Shown: piece by piece, positions 20,071-29,967 of the stretch
How the letters are laid out: every line of letters begins with the position of its first letter
How positions within the stretch are numbered: position 1 is the stretch's first letter
NCBI GenBank assembly: GCA_007118855.1
Contig: SKQU01000121.1
Location: 1,748-65,747 of the forward strand
Source: Spirochaetaceae bacterium
Lineage (GTDB): Bacteria > Spirochaetota > Spirochaetia > DSM-27196 > SLST01
Length of the DNA stretch: 64,000 bases
Direction: 5' to 3'
Translations under genes and position numbers: made by a program
The notes under the pieces: model-generated
The model's input: only the letters and a program-made list of their open reading frames with translations
The model's database searches: none
Told to the model about the DNA's origin: nothing

Positions 20071-20520
20071 GTGGCGGATATCACGACGGCGCTTCAGGAA
20101 GACTTGGGACCCATCGTAGAGGGAGCCGGATATCGTCTCGTTGAACTGCACGCCGGGGTGGTCAAGGGCCGCACCCACGTGAACGTCGTCGTCTACCGGC
20201 CCGATGGGGTCGGCATCGACGATTGCGCGCAGATCCATCGCACCCTTCTGCCGCGTATTGAGCTTCTGCTGGACGACCGGGATGTAGCGCTGCAGGTCTC
20301 GAGCCCGGGAATCGCCCGGACGCTCAAACAGATGAGCGAGTTCGCGGTGTTCCGCGGACGCGGCGTGCAGGTTCTCCTGCGCGACGAGGGGTGGATCGGC
20401 GGACGTGTGGCGTCGGCTACCGGCACCAGCGTGGAGCTTACGACCGACGAAGGCGCTCGGACGATCGCCTTCGTCGATATACAGAAGGCAAGACTGGACC
20501 ATACACAGGAGGTCAGTTAA
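20071..20520 (+). CDS. rimP: Ribosome maturation factor RimP
   Basis: 149 aa, GYRLVELH… N-domain, conserved position upstream of nusA. GTG start after GGGAAGGGGG. Confidence 0.85.
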   Translation: MADITTALQEDLGPIVEGAGYRLVELHAGVVKGRTHVNVVVYRPDGVGIDDCAQIHRTLLPRIELLLDDRDVALQVSSPGIARTLKQMSEFAVFRGRGVQVLLRDEGWIGGRVASATGTSVELTTDEGARTIAFVDIQKARLDHTQEVS

Positions 20521-20525
20521 GACCG

Positions 20526-22265
20526 ATGACTAATGAACTGGGTGCCGCCATCCGGCTACTCGTCCAGGACAGCGGGATCAGTGAGGATCTCGTGCGCCGG
20601 ACGGTTGAAGAGTTTCTCCTCGCCGCCTACAAGAGGAAGTACGGCACCGCGGACAACGCGGTTGTCCGCTTCTCCGATGATGGAGGTGATGTCACCCTGT
20701 ATGCACAGCGAAAGATCGTGGAAGACGTCTACGATCCGGTCAGCGAGATCGCGCTCGAGGATGCGCTGGCGTACAACGAGGACTGCGAGATAGGAGATGA
20801 GCTCCTGATCGAGATCAGTCCCACCGAGTTCGATCGTGTCGCGGTACAGAGCGCCAAGCAGAAGGCGCGGCAGACCCTGCGTGAGATCAAGAAGGACACG
20901 CTGTTCAGCGAGTTCAAGGACAAGGTCGGTGAGATGATCATCGGCTACTATCAGCGGGAGCGAAACGGCAACATCTTCGTCGATCTCGGGAAGACCGAGG
21001 GTATCCTTCCCAAGCGGTATCAGAGTCCTCGTGAAGTGTACCGGGCGAACGACCGCATCAAGGCGATGATCTACGAGGTCAGCAAGAATCCCAACGGTCT
21101 GCAGATCGTCCTCACACGAACCCACACGGAGTTCGTCAAGCGTATCTTCGAGCTCGAGGTGCCGGAGGTATACGACCGTACCGTCGAGATCTTCAAGATC
21201 GTGCGCGAGCCAGGGTACCGGACGAAGCTCGCCGTCTACTCGAACCGCGAAGACGTGGATCCGGTGGGCGCCTGCGTCGGGCTGCGCGGAGTCCGGATTC
21301 AGGGGATCGTGCGCGAACTCGAGGGCGAGAAGATCGACATCCTCAAGTATGACAACGACCCAAGGGAGTTCATCCGGAACGCCCTCTCACCGGCGGAGGT
21401 CAGCCACGTCGTCGTCCTCGATGAGGCGAAGCGGCAGGCGCTCGCCGTCGTGCCGGAGACTCAGCTCTCCCTGGCGATCGGCAAACAGGGGCTGAACGTT
21501 CGACTCGCCAACCGCCTCGTGGACTGGAGCATCGACGTCAAGACGCAGGCACAGTTCGGCGAAATGGATCTCACCGCGGAGACCAAACGTGCCGTGAGAG
21601 CCCTGTTCGGCGAGCTTCCCGAAGAAGAGGATGAGATCACTCGTATCTCGGAGTTGCCCGACATCCCGGCGCACATTGTGTCCATGCTCGAGAGCGCCGG
21701 ATACGAGTACATCGAGGATCTCGTGAGCCTCACCGACCAGGAGCTCGACGCGATCGAGGCGCTCAGCGGCGACGATGTCTCCACGCTGAAGCGGATCATT
21801 GCCGAGAACGTCGAGATCATCGAATCGGAGGACGAGGCGGCCCCGGTGGAAGAAGAGGTCGAAGCCGAACCGCCTCGTGCTGAGGAGCGCGCTGAAGCCG
21901 AGCAACCCGTCGCGGCCGAGCAGCCTGCGGCGGGCGAGCAGGAGGCCGAAGAGGAACCGGCCGCTGAGGAAGCGGCCGCTGAGGCGGAAGATCAAGAAGA
22001 CGAAGAAGACGAAGAAGACGAAGAAGACGAAGAAGAGGAAGAGGAGATCACCCTCATCTCCGAGCTTCCGGGCATCAACGAGCGCGTCGTCGGCATTCTG
22101 ACGGAGGCGGGTATCAACGATATCCTCGACCTGCTCGACATGCCGGAGAACCGTCTGCGCAGACTCGAGGGGATTACCGAGGACGACGTCACCGCAATCC
22201 AGGCGATCATCTCGGACAATGTTGAAATTATTGAAGAGGATGAGGATAATACCGAGGCCGATTAG
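20526..22265 (+). CDS. nusA: Transcription termination/antitermination factor NusA with extended acidic C-terminus
   Basis: S1 domain (GEMIIGYYQRERNGNIFVDLGKTEGILP), KH domains (GACVGLRGVRIQGIVREL, LAIGKQGLNVRLANRLV), then two HhH-like repeats. True start MTNELGAAIRLL at 20526. Confidence 0.95.
   Translation: MTNELGAAIRLLVQDSGISEDLVRRTVEEFLLAAYKRKYGTADNAVVRFSDDGGDVTLYAQRKIVEDVYDPVSEIALEDALAYNEDCEIGDELLIEISPTEFDRVAVQSAKQKARQTLREIKKDTLFSEFKDKVGEMIIGYYQRERNGNIFVDLGKTEGILPKRYQSPREVYRANDRIKAMIYEVSKNPNGLQIVLTRTHTEFVKRIFELEVPEVYDRTVEIFKIVREPGYRTKLAVYSNREDVDPVGACVGLRGVRIQGIVRELEGEKIDILKYDNDPREFIRNALSPAEVSHVVVLDEAKRQALAVVPETQLSLAIGKQGLNVRLANRLVDWSIDVKTQAQFGEMDLTAETKRAVRALFGELPEEEDEITRISELPDIPAHIVSMLESAGYEYIEDLVSLTDQELDAIEALSGDDVSTLKRIIAENVEIIESEDEAAPVEEEVEAEPPRAEERAEAEQPVAAEQPAAGEQEAEEEPAAEEAAAEAEDQEDEEDEEDEEDEEEEEEITLISELPGINERVVGILTEAGINDILDLLDMPENRLRRLEGITEDDVTAIQAIISDNVEIIEEDEDNTEAD
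21993..22046 (+). repeat. 9-bp tandem repeat (GAAGAAGAC-like, about 6 units) inside nusA
   Basis: Read directly: caagaagac gaagaagac gaagaagac gaagaagac gaagaagag gaagaggag, encoding QEDEEDEEDEEDEEEEEE. Confidence 0.85.
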
Positions 22266-22289
22266 TGCTTCGTGCGCCAAAGGAGCTGT

Positions 22290-24902
22290 ATGGCTGAAGA
22301 GCAGGATAAGCAGAAGCCCAAGACGACTCTCATTAAGCATCGCAAGGAAGACCACGATGCCGCAGACGAAGCGGATCGCAAGAAGGTCCGCGTCGTCGTA
22401 CGGCGGAAGGTGACCAAGCCGAAGGCTCGGAAGCCGGAGGCCGAACAGAAGGCGGAGGGCGATACGGTCGCGGCGAGCGGAGAAGGGTACAAGCCGTCGG
22501 TGGTCCGCAAGGACGACAGAGTTCCACCGTCCGTTCGGGAGCAGGGTCGTGCCGCGAAATCGGACTCGGCGGAGCGTCCGGCGGAGAAGCCGGCGGAGCG
22601 TCCGGCGTCGGCTGCGAGAGAGTCGGGTCCTGAATCCAGACAGCCGCCCAGGAAGAAGCCACCGGAGAAGAAGGAGCCGGAGACCACGACAGTGCGCGTG
22701 GAAACTCCCGAGCCGAAGAAGCCCGGAACCGGACGCCCGGAAGAGCCGGCAAGCGCGCGAAGCCGCTTCACCGTGAGCGACTACAAGGAGCCGCCTCCGT
22801 CGGTGCGCGAGTCGGTCAGACTCGGACGCGGGACGGGACAGCCCGGTGGTCGTCCGCCTCGTGAAGCCGGGCGCACCGGTGGGTCTACCTTCGGGAACCG
22901 TCAGTCGGGCCCGCGCTCCGGCGGCCAGCGTCCGGGCGGCCCACGTCCCGGAGGTCCGCCGCGTTCGGTCCGCGGGCCACGACCGGGCGGCGGACCGCCG
23001 CCTGCCGAGGACAAGAAGCCTGGCGGCAAGAAATTCTACAAGTCGAAGAAGCGGGAGTACCCGCGTCGGGATAGGCACCAGGAAAAGGAGATCCACTTCA
23101 AGCAGAAGAAGTCGGCTCCGCGGGCCAACCCGATTCCCAAAGAGATAGACATCATGGAAGTCATCACCGTAAGCGAGCTCGCACGGAAGATGAACCTCAA
23201 GGCCTCGGATCTCATCGGCAAGTTGATGGCGATGGGGATGATGGTCACCATCAACCAGCAGATCGACGCGGAGACCGCCACGATACTCGCGGAGGAGTAC
23301 GGCTGCAAGGTGAACATCGTCTCGCTCTACGACGAGACGATCATCGAAACCGGCGACGACACCGAAGCGGACCTCACAACGAGGCCGCCGGTCGTGACGA
23401 TCATGGGCCATGTCGACCACGGAAAGACGCAGCTACTCGACACAATCCGGTCGACCAAGGTCATCGACGGGGAGTTCGGTGGGATCACCCAGCACATCGG
23501 AGCGTACCAGGTCGAGGTGCGTGACGGGGAGATGATCACCTTCCTCGACACACCGGGACACGAAGCGTTCACCATGATGCGGGCCCGCGGCGCCCAGGTG
23601 ACGGATATCGTGGTACTCGTCGTCGCCGCGAACGACGGGGTAATGCCGCAGACCCGTGAGGCCGTTGATCATGCGCGTGCAGCCAAGGTCCCGATCATCG
23701 TAGCGGTCAACAAGATAGATCTTGCGGACGCCAATCCGGATCGGGTCAAGCAACAGCTCTCCGACCTCGATCTCATGCCGGAAGACTGGGGCGGCAGCAC
23801 CCTCTTCGCGGAAGTCTCCGCGCTGAAGGGTACCGGTATTGACGAGCTTCTCGACTCCATACTGCTGCAGGCGGAGGTCCTCGAGCTGCGGGCCAACCAC
23901 GCCTGCGATGCGGAAGGGTCGATCATCGAAAGCAGGGTCGATCCCGGCCGCGGTACCGTGTCGACCGTTCTCATCCAGCGCGGAACGCTTCGAGTCGGCG
24001 ACAGCTTCGTCGCGGGGGTGTATCCCGGCAAGGTCCGCAGCATGTTCAACGATCGTGGGGAGCGGGTCTCCGAGGCCGGGCCGGCGATGCCGGTGGAGAT
24101 ACTCGGCTTCACCGGGATCCCGCAGGCCGGCGATCCGTTCCAGGTGACCGGGACCGAGAAGATGGCCCGTCAGGTGGGCGACAAGCGACAGGAGCTGAAG
24201 AAGGTCGAAGAGGCGCGCAACGTCAAGAAGATCACCCTGGACAACCTGTACGACACCATCCAGGAAGGCGGGATCGACGAGCTGCGCGTAATCATCAAGG
24301 GCGACGTGCACGGTTCGGTCGAAGCCATTCAGGCAAGTCTCGAGAGGCTCTCCACGAGCGAGATCCGTCTTTCGGTGATTCGCGCGGCTGCCGGTGCGAT
24401 CAACGACGATGACGTGCGGCTTGCCGCAGCGAGCGACGCGATCATCGTGGGATTCCACGTCCGACCGACTCCGAGCGCGCAGCAACTCGCCGATCAGGAG
24501 AAGGTGGAGATCCGCAAGTACAACGTCATCTACGACGTAGTTGACGAGATCCGCGACGCGATGGAGGGCATGCTCGCGCCCGATTACAAGGAGCGGACGA
24601 TCGGTCAGGTGGAGGTTCGCGATACGTTCAAGGTGCCGAAGATAGGCGTGATCGCCGGAAGCTACGTCACCGACGGCGTGATTCGGCGAAACTCGAGTGT
24701 GCACGTCATTCGCGACGGTGTTCAGGTGTACAGCGGCAAGGTCGCGAGCCTTCGCCGGTTCAAGGACGATGCGCGAGAGGTTACCGCCGGATACGAGTGC
24801 GGCGTCGGCGTGGAGAACTACAACGACCTGAAGGTCGGCGATCGGCTCGAGGTGTTTGAGATGGAAGAGATCGCGAAGACGCTCGGGGAGAGCAATGGCT
24901 AA
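22290..24902 (+). CDS. infB: Translation initiation factor IF-2
   Basis: G domain [29 protein letters not shown]. Long R/P/G/E-rich N-terminal region. ATG at 22290 is preceded by AAAGGAG. Confidence 0.95.
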   Translation: MAEEQDKQKPKTTLIKHRKEDHDAADEADRKKVRVVVRRKVTKPKARKPEAEQKAEGDTVAASGEGYKPSVVRKDDRVPPSVREQGRAAKSDSAERPAEKPAERPASAARESGPESRQPPRKKPPEKKEPETTTVRVETPEPKKPGTGRPEEPASARSRFTVSDYKEPPPSVRESVRLGRGTGQPGGRPPREAGRTGGSTFGNRQSGPRSGGQRPGGPRPGGPPRSVRGPRPGGGPPPAEDKKPGGKKFYKSKKREYPRRDRHQEKEIHFKQKKSAPRANPIPKEIDIMEVITVSELARKMNLKASDLIGKLMAMGMMVTINQQIDAETATILAEEYGCKVNIVSLYDETIIETGDDTEADLTTRPPVVTIMGHVDHGKTQLLDTIRSTKVIDGEFGGITQHIGAYQVEVRDGEMITFLDTPGHEAFTMMRARGAQVTDIVVLVVAANDGVMPQTREAVDHARAAKVPIIVAVNKIDLADANPDRVKQQLSDLDLMPEDWGGSTLFAEVSALKGTGIDELLDSILLQAEVLELRANHACDAEGSIIESRVDPGRGTVSTVLIQRGTLRVGDSFVAGVYPGKVRSMFNDRGERVSEAGPAMPVEILGFTGIPQAGDPFQVTGTEKMARQVGDKRQELKKVEEARNVKKITLDNLYDTIQEGGIDELRVIIKGDVHGSVEAIQASLERLSTSEIRLSVIRAAAGAINDDDVRLAAASDAIIVGFHVRPTPSAQQLADQEKVEIRKYNVIYDVVDEIRDAMEGMLAPDYKERTIGQVEVRDTFKVPKIGVIAGSYVTDGVIRRNSSVHVIRDGVQVYSGKVASLRRFKDDAREVTAGYECGVGVENYNDLKVGDRLEVFEMEEIAKTLGESNG

Positions 24903-25257
24903 CGTACGACTGAAAAGGGTGGAGAGTCTGTTGCGCGAGGAGATCGGCTCCCTGATTCTGCGCGAGGAGATCAAGGACCCTCGGGTGGACACGATGGTCT
25001 CCGTGAGCGGGGTGTCGGTTTCCAGGGACCTCGAGCATGCCAGGATTCGCGTATCCGGGTTCAAGCAGCGGCAGGAGCTCGAATCCGCGGTGGAGGGACT
25101 GAACCATGCCGCAGGGTTCATCCAGGGAAGAATCGGGCGCAAGCTGAAGCTGCGCGCCACTCCCCGGCTGAATTTCGTGGTGGACCACAGCATCGAAGAG
25201 GGGTTCGAAGTGAATCGAGCCGTCGATGATGCGAACCGGGTTGCAGCCCGGGAGTAA
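24895..25257 (+). CDS. rbfA: Ribosome-binding factor A
   Basis: [21 protein letters not shown] is a family-typical start. Overlaps the infB stop by 8 nt. Confidence 0.9.
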   Translation: MANVRLKRVESLLREEIGSLILREEIKDPRVDTMVSVSGVSVSRDLEHARIRVSGFKQRQELESAVEGLNHAAGFIQGRIGRKLKLRATPRLNFVVDHSIEEGFEVNRAVDDANRVAARE

Positions 25258-26170
25258 GGCGCCGTCAGGGGTCGTCTTTCTCGACAAGGCCCGCGGCGTC
25301 TCGTCATTCGCCGCGCTCGCCGCGGTCAAGCGAGCAGTCGGGACACGGAAGGTCGGTCATACCGGTACGCTCGACCCGTTCGCCACGGGCATGCTCCTCG
25401 CGCTCGTCGGCCCGGCCACGAGATGCGCGCGCTACTTCAACGGCCTGTCCAAGGACTACCTGGCCGTCGTTCGTTTCGGAAGCGAGACGGATACCGATGA
25501 TGCGACCGGGGCGGTGGTACGCAGCGCCGCGCTTCCCTCTGAAGACCGCATAAGGGCCGCGATCGACACGTTTCGCGGCACGATCGACCAGGTACCTCCG
25601 GCCTATTCCGCAGTGCACGTGAACGGTCGCCGCGCGCACGAGATCGCACGCACCGGACAGGCACCCGCGGTCCGATCGCGCAGGGTGGAGGTGCACCGCC
25701 TCGAAGTCCAGGATGTCACAGGAGGCGCCGAGGGGGTGCAGACGATAGCGCTCGCGATCTCGTGCTCAGCCGGCACCTATGTTCGCTCGATTGCCCGGGA
25801 CCTCGGTCGCTTCATAGACAGCGCCGCCCACGCCCAGTCGCTTCGGCGTACCGGTATAGGACCGTTCACGATCGATCTCGCGGTGCCCAGCGAGACGGTG
25901 GACGGCGTCCGGGACCTTCGCGGACTGGCGTCGGTGCTCGCGCACCTTCCCGGAATCGGTATTGCCCGGGTTCCGCCCGGGCTCGTCCGCGATGTCGTGC
26001 ACGGGCGGCCGGTCTCTGCTCGCGAAATAGAAATGGTTCGCCGGCACGGCGAAGAGACGGCGGACCTGATCGCACTCGTCTGCGACGAGCAGGTCCTTGC
26101 CGTTGGCCCGGTCAGAGACGGGCTGGTGCGATACGACATGGTCCTGGTTCCCGGGGACGTCCGTGGTTGA
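25226..26170 (+). CDS. truB: tRNA pseudouridine(55) synthase TruB
   Basis: GVVFLDKARGVSS and the catalytic motif GHTGTLDPFATG. Start uncertain (overlaps rbfA by 32 nt). Confidence 0.9.
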   Translation: MMRTGLQPGSKAPSGVVFLDKARGVSSFAALAAVKRAVGTRKVGHTGTLDPFATGMLLALVGPATRCARYFNGLSKDYLAVVRFGSETDTDDATGAVVRSAALPSEDRIRAAIDTFRGTIDQVPPAYSAVHVNGRRAHEIARTGQAPAVRSRRVEVHRLEVQDVTGGAEGVQTIALAISCSAGTYVRSIARDLGRFIDSAAHAQSLRRTGIGPFTIDLAVPSETVDGVRDLRGLASVLAHLPGIGIARVPPGLVRDVVHGRPVSAREIEMVRRHGEETADLIALVCDEQVLAVGPVRDGLVRYDMVLVPGDVRG

Positions 26171-26960
26171 GATCGACTGGCTGAATCTCGACGGCGCCTA
26201 TGCCGATCGTGAGAGCGCGATCACGATCGGTGTCTTTGACGGGCTGCATCTGGGGCATCAGGCGCTGATAGCGCAGGTCGTGCACTCCGGTCGCATGCCA
26301 GTGGTCGTCACCTTCCAGCGGCACCCGACCGAATTGCTGCTGCACGACGACATCCCCGGGTTCATCATGAGCCTCAGACAGAAGCGGACGATGCTGAGGA
26401 AACTGGGAGTCGAAGTCGCCGTGCAGATCGACTTCACCGAGAGCGTGCGTTCGATGCCGGGTTCGGTATTCCTGGAGCGCCTCGACGCGAGTTTTCTCAT
26501 CCGCCTGATGGCGGTGGGCTACGACTTCCGGTGCGGGTACGGGCTGGATACCAACGTCGACGGTATACGCGCGTACTTCGCCGGGCGTGCCGTCGAAGTG
26601 ATTCCGGTTGAGCCGGTGACGATCGGAGCGGCGCCGGTGTCGAGCACCAGGATCCGCAGGCTGATATGCGAGGGTAGGCTCGACGAGGCGGCGTCATTGC
26701 TCGGACGACCGTACACACTCGATGTCGCCGACGAGGAGATCGAGCGCGACGATCGACGGCTCTATGTCGTGAAGAGCGAGGGAGGGCTCCTGCCGGAGAG
26801 CAGACAGCTTCTGCCTCCCGCGGGCCTCTATCCGGCCGAGCTTCTCGGAGCACGGAACACCCGTCAGACGACGCTCGAGATAGGAGAAAATTCCCTGAGC
26901 TGGCCTCTGGCTGCGGACGAGACTATTCGCTATATTGTACTTCACAAAAGCAGGAATTGA
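26163..26960 (+). CDS. ribF: RibF-like FAD synthetase with degenerate riboflavin-kinase domain
   Basis: FMN adenylyltransferase motifs IGVFDGLHLGHQ and SSTRIRRLI..G…LLGRPY. The C-terminal about 85 aa lack the GFPTAN motif. GTG at 26163 overlaps the truB stop. Confidence 0.75.
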   Translation: MVEIDWLNLDGAYADRESAITIGVFDGLHLGHQALIAQVVHSGRMPVVVTFQRHPTELLLHDDIPGFIMSLRQKRTMLRKLGVEVAVQIDFTESVRSMPGSVFLERLDASFLIRLMAVGYDFRCGYGLDTNVDGIRAYFAGRAVEVIPVEPVTIGAAPVSSTRIRRLICEGRLDEAASLLGRPYTLDVADEEIERDDRRLYVVKSEGGLLPESRQLLPPAGLYPAELLGARNTRQTTLEIGENSLSWPLAADETIRYIVLHKSRN

Positions 26961-26978
26961 GAGTAAGGAGTTATCCGC

Positions 26979-27248
26979 ATGCCCTTGACCAAGGAGCGCA
27001 AGAGCGAGATCGTCGGCGAGTACGGTACCGGACCCTCGGACACGGGTCGGACAGAGGTGCAGATCGCCCTTCTGACCGAGCGCATCAGCGAGCTCACCGA
27101 GCATTTCAAGACACACAAGAAGGATCACAATTCACGACGAGGCCTGTTGCAGCTCGTCGGCCAACGGCGTCGGCTTTTGGACTATCTGGCCAGAACTGAC
27201 CTGGAAAAGTACCGGTCCCTCATCCAGAAACTCGGCATCAGGAAATAG
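26979..27248 (+). CDS. rpsO: 30S ribosomal protein S15
   Basis: 89 aa; [36 protein letters not shown] is near-universal S15 sequence. AAGGAG lies upstream. Confidence 0.97.
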   Translation: MPLTKERKSEIVGEYGTGPSDTGRTEVQIALLTERISELTEHFKTHKKDHNSRRGLLQLVGQRRRLLDYLARTDLEKYRSLIQKLGIRK

Positions 27249-27252
27249 CTTG

Positions 27253-27295
27253 CCGACGGCACAGACGTCGGACCGTCGGGCCGGAGAACCGGACC
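27253..27295 (+). promoter_or_regulatory. Stem-loops in the rpsO-pnp intercistronic leader
   Basis: CCGACG (27253-58) can pair with either of two CGTCGG copies (27266-71 or 27274-79). A second CCGG-agaa-CCGG hairpin lies at 27281-92. Confidence 0.3.
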
Positions 27296-27340
27296 GCAGA
27301 CATCCCGGCCCTGCCCTGTGACGAAGAAAAAGGATTCACA

Positions 27341-29530
27341 ATGCATCGAGTAAGTCTCACGATCAACGGCATCGACCTGGTCCTCGAGACCGGACGGATG
27401 GCCAAGCAGGCGAATGGTGCGGTATTCGCGACCTACGGCGGGGGCGCAGTGCTCGCGACCGCGTGTTGCGGGTCCGAGCCGGTCGTCGGCCTCGACTACG
27501 TACCGCTTCAGGTAGAGTACAACGAGAAATACTACGCCGCGGGCAAGATACCTGGCGGGTTTCTCAAACGTGAGGGCAGACCGAAGGACCGCGAGATTCT
27601 CGTCTGCCGTCTGATCGACCGGCCGATGAGACCGCTGTTCAGCAAGAAGTTTGGTCGCGACATCCAGGTCGTTCCCACGGTGATCGGAACCGACAACATC
27701 AACGTCCCGGACGTGATCGCGATGAACGCGGCGAGCGCCGCGGTGACCATCAGCGACATCCCGTTCGACGGCCCGATCGGCGCCGTGCGAGTCGGCTACG
27801 TCGACGGCGAGCTGCTCATCAACCCCGGTTACGAACAGCTCGAGCGTTCCGAGATCGACATTATCGTCGCCGGAACCCAGGACGGGATCACGATGGTCGA
27901 GGGAGGCGCCGAGCAGGTCGGCGAGGACCTGCTGATCGAGGCGATCGAGAAGGCCCGTCCCACGATCGTCGAGCTGTGCCGCATCCAGGTCGAGCTGCGT
28001 CTTGCCGCCGGCAAGGAGAAGCTGCCGCTTCCGGAGAGCGATGACTCGTTCGCCCCCGAGCAGGAGATCAGGAGCCATGCGGCTTCCAGGCTCGAGCAGG
28101 CGTGCTTCGTGAAGGGCAAGATGGAACGCGCCGCAGCCATCAAGGCGGTCAAGACCGAGACGAAGGAGATGTTCGCCGACGCGATCGGAGAGGAAGGCGG
28201 CAAGGCATTCTCCGCGCTGTTCGAGGACATCGAGCAGGAGATCGTTCGGAAGTCGATTCTCGGGAAGAAGGTTCGCACCGACGGACGAGGCCCCGAGGAC
28301 ATTCGGCCGATCAGCTGCGAGGTATCGGTGCTCGAACGAACGCATGGGTCGGCGCTCTTCACGCGCGGAGAGACGCAGGCGCTTGCGGTGGTAACGCTCG
28401 GCACGAAACGTGATGCGCAGATCATCGACAACATCGAAGAAGACGGGACCGAGAAGTTCCTGCTGCACTACAACTTCCCCCCCTTCTCGGTTGGAGAGAC
28501 GGGCCGGATGGGCACCGGGCGACGCGAGATCGGTCACGGACACCTCGCCCATCGGTCGCTCGAGGCGGTTCTACCCGAGAACTCCTCGTTCCCCTACACC
28601 CTGCGGGTCGTCAGCGAGATCCTCGAGAGCAACGGATCCTCGTCGATGGCGACCGTCTGTGGCGGCTCGCTGAGTCTGATGGACGCCGGCGTCCCCATCT
28701 CAAAGCCGGTGGCGGGGATCGCGATGGGACTCGTCGCCGAAGGCGATGAGTTCGTGGTGCTCTCCGACATCCTCGGCGAGGAGGACCACCTCGGCGACAT
28801 GGACTTCAAGGTGGCTGGAACCGAGGACGGCATCACGGCGTTCCAGATGGACATAAAGATCAAGAACATCAGCCCTGATGTGATGCGTATCGCCCTCGAA
28901 CAGGCTCGACGCGGCAGATTGCACATCCTGAAGGCCATGGAGGGGGCGCTGCAGGCACCACGTGAGGAGCTCAGCCGCTACGCTCCCCGCATCGTCAGCT
29001 TCAGCGTGGATCCGGAGAAGATCGGCGTTCTGATCGGTCCGGGCGGGAAGACGATCAAGAGTATCTCGGAGAAGCACGACGTGCAGATCAACATAGAGAA
29101 CGACGGATCGGTCACCGTCTACTGCAAGGACGCGGACGACGCGGAGGGAGCGAAGAGCAGCCTGCTCAAGTTGCTCGAGGAGCCGGAAGTCGGACGAACC
29201 TACGACGCGGTCGTACGCCGGATCGTCGACTTCGGTGCGTTCGTCGAGTACCTGCCCGGCAGAGAGGGCCTTGTGCACATCTCCAAGATGGCTTCGCACC
29301 GGGTGGAGAAGGTGACCGATATCTTGCAGATGAACCAGGAGGTGCCGGTCCGTATCATCGAGATCGACAAGATGGGGCGGGTGAACCTCAGTCTGATCTA
29401 CGAGGATCGTGACGGCGGCGACCGGGGCGATCGGGACGGGCGGGGCGACCGGCGTGATCGTCCCCATGGCGAACGGGGGCCGCGGCGTGACGGCCGCGAG
29501 CAACGGTCCGGTCGAGACAGTCGCGACTGA
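27341..29530 (+). CDS. pnp: Polyribonucleotide nucleotidyltransferase (PNPase) with R/D/G-rich tail
   Basis: Two RNase PH domains, then KH ([15 protein letters not shown]) and S1 ([32 protein letters not shown]), then a 40-aa RD/RG tail. Confidence 0.97.
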   Translation: MHRVSLTINGIDLVLETGRMAKQANGAVFATYGGGAVLATACCGSEPVVGLDYVPLQVEYNEKYYAAGKIPGGFLKREGRPKDREILVCRLIDRPMRPLFSKKFGRDIQVVPTVIGTDNINVPDVIAMNAASAAVTISDIPFDGPIGAVRVGYVDGELLINPGYEQLERSEIDIIVAGTQDGITMVEGGAEQVGEDLLIEAIEKARPTIVELCRIQVELRLAAGKEKLPLPESDDSFAPEQEIRSHAASRLEQACFVKGKMERAAAIKAVKTETKEMFADAIGEEGGKAFSALFEDIEQEIVRKSILGKKVRTDGRGPEDIRPISCEVSVLERTHGSALFTRGETQALAVVTLGTKRDAQIIDNIEEDGTEKFLLHYNFPPFSVGETGRMGTGRREIGHGHLAHRSLEAVLPENSSFPYTLRVVSEILESNGSSSMATVCGGSLSLMDAGVPISKPVAGIAMGLVAEGDEFVVLSDILGEEDHLGDMDFKVAGTEDGITAFQMDIKIKNISPDVMRIALEQARRGRLHILKAMEGALQAPREELSRYAPRIVSFSVDPEKIGVLIGPGGKTIKSISEKHDVQINIENDGSVTVYCKDADDAEGAKSSLLKLLEEPEVGRTYDAVVRRIVDFGAFVEYLPGREGLVHISKMASHRVEKVTDILQMNQEVPVRIIEIDKMGRVNLSLIYEDRDGGDRGDRDGRGDRRDRPHGERGPRRDGREQRSGRDSRD

Positions 29531-29964
29531 TGGTCGACGTTCCGGCCGAGTTCGGTGAAGGGCGCGAACCGCGGTACGCGAGCGCCGCAGCAGCCGGCGC
29601 GGATCTGCGAGCCGTGCTGCGAGAGCCGTTGTCGCTCGGACCGGGCGAGCGTGTGTCGGTCCCTACCGGCCTGCGCCTCGCTATTCCGCCCGGATACGAG
29701 GGTCAGGTGCGCCCGCGCTCGGGTCTCGCGATCAGGCACGGGATCACCGTGCTGAACGCGCCCGGTACGATCGACTCCGACTACCGCGGGGAGATTCAGG
29801 TGCTGCTTGTCAACACGTCCGAAGACAGGTATACGATAGAGGACGGTGACCGGATTGCGCAGCTGGTGATCGCTCCGGTGGTGCGAGCGCGGTTCGTCAA
29901 CGACCGGGAAGGCCTTGAGGTCTCGGCGCGTGGAGAAGGGGGCTTTGGGTCGACCGGACGGTAG
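29530..29964 (+). CDS. dut: dUTP diphosphatase
   Basis: [25 protein letters not shown] and GDRIAQLV motifs plus C-terminal GGFGSTG. TGATG overlap with pnp. Confidence 0.93.
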   Translation: MVDVPAEFGEGREPRYASAAAAGADLRAVLREPLSLGPGERVSVPTGLRLAIPPGYEGQVRPRSGLAIRHGITVLNAPGTIDSDYRGEIQVLLVNTSEDRYTIEDGDRIAQLVIAPVVRARFVNDREGLEVSARGEGGFGSTGR

Positions 29965-29967
29965 CCG

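Noticed and set aside
22290-23150. Repetitive R/P/G/E/K-rich N-terminal third of IF-2 (e.g. [29 protein letters not shown]) as a separate gene or mobile repeat
   Set aside because: It is continuous in frame with the IF-2 G domain. Low-complexity N-terminal regions are a normal variable feature of bacterial IF-2.
21387-25307. 677-aa and 624-aa minus-strand ORFs opposite nusA and infB
   Set aside because: Same codon-register antisense situation (offsets from the nusA and infB starts are multiples of 3). The products are R/L-rich junk, and the plus-strand genes have unambiguous NusA and IF-2 motifs.
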